Below the pieces are notes generated by a model, which saw only the letters and a program-made list of their open reading frames with translations, had not been told where the DNA came from and did not search any database. The position numbers were made by a program, and so were the translations under genes. A stretch of 64,000 bases of DNA from Piromyces finnis finn (Eukaryota > Fungi > Neocallimastigomycota), in NCBI GenBank assembly GCA_002104945.1, contig MCFH01000024.1, positions 434,001 to 498,000 on the forward strand, in the 5' to 3' direction. Shown piece by piece: positions 30,594 to 40,452 of this stretch. Each line of letters begins with the position of its first letter. Within the stretch, counting starts at the first letter, position 1.

Positions 30594-30629
<36 letters not shown>

Positions 30630-32206
30630 GGTAAATAGAAATTTCATAGTAATGGTATATTAAATAGATTTATATATTATGATGACAATCCAATAGAATT
30701 GAAAAAAAAAATTAATCTATTAATATATTAATCTAGTTTTAGGAATTAAATATTATTTAATAACGAGTTTACCTTTTTGTACTTTTTAATAGCCTTGGCA
30801 TATTCACCAGCCTTGAATAATTCATTACCATTGGCCTTAACCTTGATAGCAATTTCGTGTAAGTTTTCTGGTTCCTTGTCACCATCATAATCCTCTGTTG
30901 AAATAATATACAATAGATAGATGATAGGTTGAAAATAGGTATATATGGTATATATATATTTTTTATCATTAAATAGTCAATGGATATTTAATTGAAGGTT
31001 AGAATTGGAGGTTGTTTTTTTTTTTTAAAAAAAAAAGTTATAAAGTTCTATTTTATTATTCTTTTTTTATTTTTGCACTTTTTACCTGGCCAGTCTGGAA
31101 CACCATCACTTTCATCTTCACCACAACCCATATCTGGAGTCCAAACACCACAATCACTAATAACACAATCCTTATCTGGTCTGTCACTAGAGTTGGTGGA
31201 TTGGTTTTCAATTTCTCTAACAACACTCATACCCTTAATAACTTTACCGAAAACAACATGTTTTCCATCTAAATGTGGAGTTTTAGTAGTAGTAATAAAG
31301 AATTGAGAACCATTGGTGTTCTTACCAGCATTAGCCATAGATAAGAGACCTTCAGATTCGTGTTTCTTTTCAAAGTTTTCATCTAAAAAATTTTTAAATT
31401 GCGTATTTTTTTTAAAAAAAAATATTTTAGAATATAACTATTTTATAAATAATTTAAATTTTTTTCAATTTTGAAATGAATGAATAATAAAATTTATATA
31501 ATGACCAATATCAGATAATATATTTAAAATTTATTTTGTTTTATTATAATTTATTTTGGGAGGGTTTTTTTTTTTTTACCTTCAAACTTTTCACCATAAA
31601 TAGATTCACCACCAGTACCATTAAAGTTGGTGAAATCACCACCTTGAATCATAAAGTTCTTAATAACTCTGTGGAAAATACTACCCTTGTAACAAAGTGG
31701 AATACCAGAAATTGGACTGTTACCCTTTTCACCTATTTAAAAGTTAAATGAGGAGGATTAACAATATATTTATAGTTATTAAAATGGATAATAAATTAAT
31801 AATAAATTATTAATAATAATAATAATATATCGGTTTTATTACTAATTATTATTAATTTATTACCAATTTATTATTGTTGATTTCTTTAAAAAATATAACT
31901 TACCAGTACAAAGAGCCTTGAAGTTAGCACAAGTCTTTGGAACTACATCATCGAATAATTCCATAACAATTCTTCCTTCTATTAAACATTAATATAAAAA
32001 TAGTAATAATAATTTTATATTAATAATGATACATTTTATCATATCATTGATTTATTATAAAGTTTAAAATTGAAAATTATTTTCTTTAGTACTTTTCAAT
32101 TTTTTTTTTTTAAAAAAATTTATTTAAAAAAAATATATATATATAATATTTTACCATTTTCACCACCAATAGTGATATCGAAAAATACAGTAGAGTGTTC
32201 AGTCAT
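29882..32206 (-). CDS. CPR6: Cyclophilin-40 (PPIase plus TPR Hsp90 co-chaperone), 6 exons
   Basis: [78 protein letters not shown], then TPR repeats ([29 protein letters not shown]) ending YAKLFS. Confidence 0.95.
30337..30667. repeat. Compound minisatellite: five copies of a core of about 39 bp separated by variable (TTG/TTA)n tracts, in the last intron of CPR6
   Basis: Core GGTA(A/T)AT(A/G)GAAATT(C/T)CATAGTAATG(G/A)TATATTAAAAGAG starts at about 30358, 30417, 30485, 30550 and 30630 (last copy truncated). Periods 59, 68, 65 and 80 bp. Confidence 0.93.
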
Positions 32207-33154
32207 TTTTAAATGGTTCTAAAAATTATTATTTAATCTATACTTTAGGAAGTTGAAAAAAAAAAAAAAATAAAAAATTTATTTTATTTTCAGCTGGTGG
32301 AAAGGCATAGAAATCAAAATTCCAATAGTTTTTTTCTTTAATTAAAAAAATTTTAATAATTAAAAAATGTATCAAATTACTTTAATTTATGTACAATACA
32401 CATAAAAAAATGTAATGAAAGAAAGGACAAAAAAATGGAATTAAAAAAAAAAAAAAAAAAAAAAGCAAAAAAGGGCAGAAGAAGGCAGAAGTAAAAGAAA
32501 TAGATTTATTAGTTTAATAAAAAGATTTTTAATACTATCATTATATCATTATTTTATTTAAATAAAAAGAAAAAAACTAAACAAGAATTGAATATAAAAT
32601 AATTTACAAAAAAAAAAAAAATCATTATATATAATATTTTTTTGTAATAATTATGGTAAAGATAAAACTTTAAATCCTTTTAACCTTTTTTTTTTTTTTC
32701 ATCATCAATTCTTATGGATTAGTATTAAAAAGAAATAGGTTTAAATGGTAATTGGGATGAAAGAAAAAGTAATGTATTAATTATGAAAGAAAGAAAAAAA
32801 AAAAAGAAAAAGAAAAATTATTAAAATGAAAAGATATCTAAAAAAAAGAATTATTCTTTATTTATAAAAGATATATTAATAAATAATGATTATTTTCATT
32901 ATTATTAATTATACATTTATCAAATTGAAGATAGATCAATGAATTTTTAATAAGGTAAAATGCACTTTTTATTGTTTTTTTTTTTTTTTTTTCGTATTAA
33001 AAAGTGTACTTTTTAAGCATTTATACCAAAATTTTAAAAAAAAAAAAAAATTTAATTAATAAAAAAAAAAACAAAATTTTTATATAGAAAAAAACTTTAA
33101 AAAAAATTTTTTTTTTCCCTTTGAAGAATTGTAATATAAAGAAAATAAAAAAAA

Positions 33155-34171
33155 ATGACCATATCATCTTTAATGATTATTAACAAAGCCGGTGGTTTAA
33201 TATACCAAAAAGGTTTTGCTTCAACACCTTCAAAACTTGATAGTAATGAATATTTAGTATTGGCAGGAACATTCCATGGGTAAACTATTCAAAAAAAGAT
33301 AAACAAAGAAATAAAACAAAAATAAAAATAGTAAAAAAAAAAAAGAAAGAAAGAAAATTATATCCTTGTGTATATAAAGAAATAATAATAATAAAAAAAA
33401 ACAAAATATATGTATATATATAAGAAAAAAGAAAATAATGTTTCATTTTTAAATAGAGAGAAAAAGGAACTCTTTATTTTTTATTAATTTATTTATTTAT
33501 ATCAATTCATATTAAAATTATTTTAAATAATCATTTTTTTAGTGTTCATACTATTTCAACAAGAATTGCACCAGTTCCATCTTCTGGCATTGAAGTTATT
33601 GAAGCTAGTACTTTCAAACTTCATTGTTTCCAAACTCAAACTGGTATATCAATATAATATTCATTTTATGAAATAAAGAAATATATATATTATAAAATTC
33701 TAACTATATTTATAAATATATATAAATATATAAATATATATATGTGTATATTATTTATTATTATTATTATATTTATAACTATACTTAAACTACTACTACT
33801 ACTACAATAATAATAATAAACTATCTTTTAACATTAATCTACGTTTAAAAATATTGGAAATATGGATAAAAAAAAACTAAACAAAATATATAATATACAA
33901 TAAATTTTATATTAAAAACAAACAAACAAACAAACAAATAAATAATAAAATCAAAAAATCATTATATAAAAAAAAATAAAAAGGTACTAAATTTATTATG
34001 ACTACCGATCCAGAGCATTCTCGTGTAGAACTTCATTTAAAGAAAATATATGAAATTTATTCAGATTATGTTATGAAAAATCCATTTTATACCCCAGAAA
34101 TGCCAATTCGTTGTGAACTTTTTGATGTTAATGTATTACGTTATATAAAGGGTGTTAACGAATCACCATAA
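33155..34171 (+). CDS. TRS23: TRAPP complex subunit Trs23/TRAPPC4, 3 exons
   Basis: [23 protein letters not shown]|[12 protein letters not shown]|GTKF and [30 protein letters not shown] at 34169-34171. Confidence 0.95.
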
Positions 34172-34804
34172 ACGAAGCAGCTCTATATAAACAAACATTA
34201 AACTAATAGAATTAAAAAAAAAAAAAACATAATAATATAATAATATTTCATCTTAAAAGAAACAAACAAACATATACTTGTGTTATATATATATATATTT
34301 TTAAAAAAAAAACATCTCATATCCACATTATATTAATAATATTAAAGATTCCCACATATTTTTTAAAATATCACTCACTCTCAATAATAAAAGTGTAAAA
34401 ATAATAATAAATAAAAATATTAAAATTCATTAAATAAAAATATTCACAAATTTACTAATTACAATAATAACAATAATAATAATAATAATAATAATAAAAA
34501 ACTATATATATCGGTTTTATTATTATTTATTGGTAGTAAAAAAAAAAAAGGAAACAAATAGCAAGAATTATTTTGAAATGAAATTTTTAAATTTGTTTTC
34601 CAATATTATATTATAAACATTAAAACATTAGAATATAAATAAAAAGGGTATTTATTTAAAATAGTTTTTATTGAATTTTAAATGATTTACAACGATATAA
34701 ATTGAAAATAGTAGTAGTATTTGATAGATATGTTACTCTTAAGATAACAAAAGGTGGTAATTTTTGTTTTTTAAATTTTCTTTCTATTTTCTATAATAAT
34801 GATA

Positions 34805-36338
34805 TTATAGGAATTGGTATACAAGTGTCATGATATAGACTATTAATGAAATTTTAAATAGTAAAAATATTCCTTGCAATATGGCCTTTTTATTATTTTT
34901 CTAAATCCATTAGTAAAAAATACAATAAACCCCCCAAATAAATAGAATGATTAGTATAAATATAATTATAATTATTATTTTTTTACTTAAAAAAAACAAT
35001 ACATACAATATTTAAATTATTATTGATTTTTAAATATTCATATTTATTGAGGATTAAATTATTTTGTTTTTGATGATAGTCATTACTTTTATTCATAAAT
35101 ATATTTCTTAAATTATCCCATTCTTCTATTGACTCGTTTAACTAGATTGTTGTTTGTTGTTTTTTAAAAAAGAAAAAAGTATTTTTATTTTAATCAAATA
35201 GCGTATGCGTATATAGGTATATATAATTATTATTTTATATTTTTATGTATTTTATTTTTAGGATAAATACTTTATTAGAAAAATTATTTGAGATTTCTTG
35301 AATATTATTTTTTTCTTTTTGGATTAATTCCATATTTTCTTGACCTTCTTTTGATAATGTTTCACTATTTTTTTTTTTTTTTTTTTTTTTTTTTTGAATT
35401 AATAATAATAAAAAATAATAATTAAAAAAAATAGTTCTTTTTTTTTTTTATAGGAATAACGTTAATAATCAATTATTTTCTTTTTTTACTTTGTAATATT
35501 TTTTATTCTACAATTATGGTCCAAGTTTTTAAAATATTTTTTCATCTTTTTTTATTTTGTTTGTTTGTTTTAAAATATAAAAAAAAAAAAAAAAAAAAAA
35601 ACTATTAGATTTCTTTATCTAATTCAAAATGTATCTTTTTTATCTTTTAGAGAGTTTTCATATAATACATTCTATTTAATAAATACCATATTACTACATA
35701 TTTTTGGATTGAATGTTGCATAAGCAAATTTATATTCTTTTATCATTTCTTTTCTTTTTTTTTTTTTTTTTTTTTCTTTCCTTAAATATGTATATATATA
35801 ATTATTACTTTTTTTTTTTTAAAAAAAATTAAAATAATAATATTAAAAAAAAAATTAAAAAATTAAAAAATTTTAAAATAATTATTTTACTTTTTAAAAC
35901 TTTAATTCATATTCTTTTTAATCTTTTAATTTTGTATTTAAACGAGAAAAACCTTTTTTTTTTTATTTCTCTATTAATAAATTTATTTATTAAAAAAAAG
36001 AAATATCTATTAACATTTTATGTATTAATAAGTTATTTTGTATAAAGATAATCACTTGGTTTATGTTTATAGAGAATTATCTAATAATAGCTCTTACTTT
36101 TTTTTTTTCCTTTTCATTTAAATTACTTTGTAATAATAATAAATTATAATAACCATATAATATATTTTTTATTTAAAATATTAAAAAAGAAAGAATAAAT
36201 AAAAGAAAATACATTTACACGATTTTACTTTTCTTAAAAAAATACTATCAATTTATTTATTTTTTTTTTTTTTTTAAAAAATAATCTATTTTTAAAAATT
36301 TATCTATATCATATCTATACTATCTACCATCCTATTAC

Positions 36339-36372
<34 letters not shown>

Positions 36373-36499
36373 CAATATAGACAATACCTATAATCCTATA
36401 ATCCTATACTCATAACAACATCGTATATTTGACCATTTTTACTTTGGTAGGATGTCCATTTTTAAAGTCAATGGTATGTTGATGGTTAGATTGAGACAT
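34805..36499 (-). CDS. Uncharacterised 7-exon gene, about 174 aa, with a C-terminal hydrophobic segment (putative tail-anchored membrane protein); absent from the ORF track
   Basis: Manual model: exons 36499-36443, 36080-36056, 35748-35687, 35545-35490, 35364-35271, 35141-35007 and 34900-34805. All introns are GT-AG and all phases are compatible; ends AILQGIFLLFKISLIVYIMTLVYQFL*. The 25-nt exon 2 is the least certain part. Confidence 0.6.
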
Positions 36500-38225
36500 T
36501 TTTTAAATGATAAAAAAATTTAATTTATTTTTGATCAGATGACTTTTTTTCATTTGGTATATCATCCATCAAAGGCACATTTAAATAGTACAAATTTTGA
36601 TAGCATATAATTTTTTTTTTAAAAAAAAAAAGAAATAAAGAATAATAATAAAACTGTAAATAAATGATTTATGCTATGTTAACTATTTAATTTCCTTTTT
36701 TTTTTTTTTTTTACTTATCATTAAATACAAAAAAAAAGAGAGTTTTTGGTAACGATGTTAGATATTGAAATATCTCGCCACTGAAATTATATTAATTTTA
36801 TCAGCCATTAAAATTGAAATTTATTAAATAATATTTATTTAAAATAATGGCATTATCATTTAATAAGCCACTATCATAATTTCTGTATAATGCAAAATTT
36901 ATTTGGATTGTTTATTTTTTTTAAACTTTTCTATTTTCCCATTCTAAAGGATGATTATTTAGTAGAAATGAAAAAAGTTTGAGTTTTAAATACCATTATC
37001 CTTTATAATAAACAAAATATATAATTAAAGCATCATAAAACAAAATCAACTGGAATGTATTATATATTAGAATTTATAAAAAAAAAAAAAAGTGAAACAA
37101 TTTGTTATCAAAACTCTTTTGGTTTTGATTTCGGTTTTGATGATAAAAAACCATTTAATTTTTTCTTTTTGATATCAAATAATAGGTGTAAAAAAAAAAA
37201 AGAAAAGAAAGGAAAGGAAAGGAAAAAAAGAAAAAGATAATTACGAATCATTCCTTTAAAACTTTTTTTTCCCTTTTAATATTATTATTATATTTAGGTA
37301 ATATTATAAAAAGTCAAATGATAATTTTATTATATTAAACTTTTTTTTTAATTAATTATTTTATTTTATTTTTTTATATTAAAATTGAATTGAATTGCAG
37401 CAATTTTTTTTATTTTAAATTTATTAAATGAATAATTAAATAAATATTTAAATAAATTTATTAATCTATTTAAATGAATAAACTAAAAAATAAAAACTTT
37501 TATCGATATATTTTATTTCATTTCATTTCATTTTTTTGAATAAACTTGCTGATTATAGCATCTATTATTTGTTATTTATTATATTATTTTATTATTTTTA
37601 TTTTTTTAAAAGGATTAATTTTAATTATTATTATTTATTAATTTATGTATTTTGTTATTTATTTTTTATTTTATTTTATTTTATTTTTATTTAATTAAAT
37701 AAATAAATAAAAAAAAATAATTTAATCTATTTAATATTAATTATATTATTATTATTAATCCATTTTTTGGCACAGTATGAAATATTAAAAAAAAATAAAT
37801 ATTAATTAAAAAAATAATAATAATAAAGAAAAAGTTTAAAAAAATAGTTTTTTTTTTTTTTTTTTTTTATTTTCTTTATTTCTGTTAAATAGTTAAATTT
37901 CACCTTTTTTTTTTCTTTTCGTTTTTACGTATAAAATAACGTTATACCTTTTTATTAATAATAATTCAAAGTATATATAAATATAAATATATTTTAAGAA
38001 AAAAAAAAAAAAAGAAATAATAATAAAAAGATTCTTTTTTAATAACCACCTTTTCTTTTTAATAATATATATATATATTTTAAAAAATATCATTCTTTTT
38101 ATCTATAATAGTAGAAAAAAAAAACCTATTAATACGCATTATACATTACTAAAAGAAAAAGACATTACTAAAACAAATAATATAAATAATAGACAACTTA
38201 TAATAATAAAATAATTAATATCAAC

Positions 38226-38691
38226 ATGTCATCCCCAAGAAGAAGAATTGAAACTGATGTTATGAAACTGTAAGTTTTTTTTTTTATATATTCCCCTTAT
38301 TCATATATATATATTTATTAAAGAGCTAAAAGTAAAATAAAAAAATATTTCTATATATAAATATTTTCTTATGAATAAAATAAAAAGTCTTGGATTAATA
38401 AAACAGTTAAACCAATATAGTATATTATATTTTTTTATATACAAATGACTATTTTTTTTTATTCACAAGAAAAAGTTTGAATAGAAATAAGGGGAAAATA
38501 AAAAAAAAAAAGTTCTATTATATATATATTTTTTATTAGAATATTTATTAATATTGAAATATTAATCGTATATCAACGATATTTTTATTTAACATAAAAA
38601 GTTTAATGAGTGACTATGAAGTTACTTTAGTTAATGATAATATGCAAGAATTCTATGTTAGATTTCATGGTCCAAAAGATAGTAATTGATT

Positions 38692-38736
<45 letters not shown>

Positions 38737-39766
38737 TTTTTAAAAAAAAAAAAATATACACACACTCTTTATCCATTATTAAAAATGAATAAAAATAATA
38801 AATTTTATTGCTCTTTTATTTTTTATATATTATATTATTTCAAATATAAACGGTAAACTTAATATAATAAAATAATAATAATAACAATGATAATAAAATA
38901 ATTGAAACAAAAAAGCTCCATTCAATGGTGGTGTATGGAAAGTTCATGTTGAATTACCGGATCAATATCCATACAAGTCACCTTCTATCGGTTTCATGAA
39001 CAAAATTTTCCACCCAAATATTGACGAATTGTAAATGTTAAATATATATCTAAAAAAAAAATGGAAAAAAATTATATATATAATAGTATTATATGAAATA
39101 TAACAATAATAACACAATTTTATGAATATATATTTTTTTTTTAAAAAAAAATAATAGAAGTGGATCCGTCTGTTTAGATGTTATTAACCAAACTTGGTCA
39201 CCAATGTTCGGTAAATATCTATAATCAAAAAAAGAAAAATTTTTTTTTATAATTCCATCACTATTTATTATTAGACTTGGTAATAATTAATTATTAAATA
39301 AAATGCTTTTCATTTTTTTCCCTCTCCTATTATAATTATATATGTAATAGATATGGTCAATATTTTTGAAGCTTTCTTACCTCAACTTCTTAGATATCCT
39401 AATCCAACCGATCCATTAAATGGTGATGCTGCTGCTTTATTAATGCGTGAACCAACTGCTTATGAACAAAAAGTTAGAGGTAATAGGAAATAAAAAAAAA
39501 AATTTTTTTTTTTCACATTTAATATTAAATAAAATTATAAATGATATGATAATTTTATTCATAATGTATAATAGAATTAAATTAGTAGTATTACGAAGGA
39601 ATTAATTTATAATTAATTTTTATTTTTTACCATAAATAAAGAATATGTTTCCAAGTATGCTACCAAGGAAGCTGCTGATGCTGCTACTGATGATAGTGGA
39701 TCAGAAGATGATATGAGTTCATTAGATTCTTTCTCTGATGATGAAATAGGAACTATGGAATTATAA
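38226..39766 (+). CDS. UBC8: Ubiquitin-conjugating enzyme E2 (Ubc8/UBE2H), 6 exons
   Basis: [46 protein letters not shown]|[17 protein letters not shown], and acidic tail [14 protein letters not shown] at 39764-39766. Confidence 0.95.
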
Positions 39767-40452
39767 GAAAAAAAAAAAAAAGATAATGAATTTTAATATA
39801 TATGTATTTATATATATATGAATAGAAAATAATCCTTTTTTAATTATTTTGAAATTGTAATATTTTATTTTTATTTTCCTTTCCTTTTTATGTAAAAAAA
39901 TATAATATATAATATATAATATTTTAAACATAGCAACAACAAAATTCCATTATCTTCATCTATTATTCTTTTATATCTTTTAACAACAACCTCACCAAAA
40001 AAACAAACAAACAAACAAACAAACAAACAAAAAAAAAAACAAATATCTATTCTCTTTTTTTGAAAAAAATTTTTTTTTTTCAATTAATCATCTTAATAAA
40101 ATCTTTATTTTACAAAAAAAAAAAAAAAAGATTTTTTTTTATATATTATATTACATATTATATCTATTTTGAATGGTTGTTTGATCCACCAAAATGTATT
40201 TTTTCTTTTATATTTACAATAATTTTTTTTTTATAGACTTTCAACATGAATTGGGTATTATTAAATATATATAGATATATGATTTAATGGTAGTCGTACG
40301 GATATTATTATTAGTATTATTTCATGTTGAAATGTTGAATGGATCATTGTACCATTTTCATGTTGATGAATTTTTTTTTTTATTATTATCTCTTCTTCGC
40401 CCCCTTTTTAACTCTTTTATTATCCAATCTTTTTATCATCAAATACAATACC

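Noticed and set aside
30337-30667. CRISPR-like repeat/spacer appearance
   Set aside because: Spacers are only (TTG/TTA)n of variable length, the locus is a eukaryotic intron, and there are no cas genes. It is a minisatellite.
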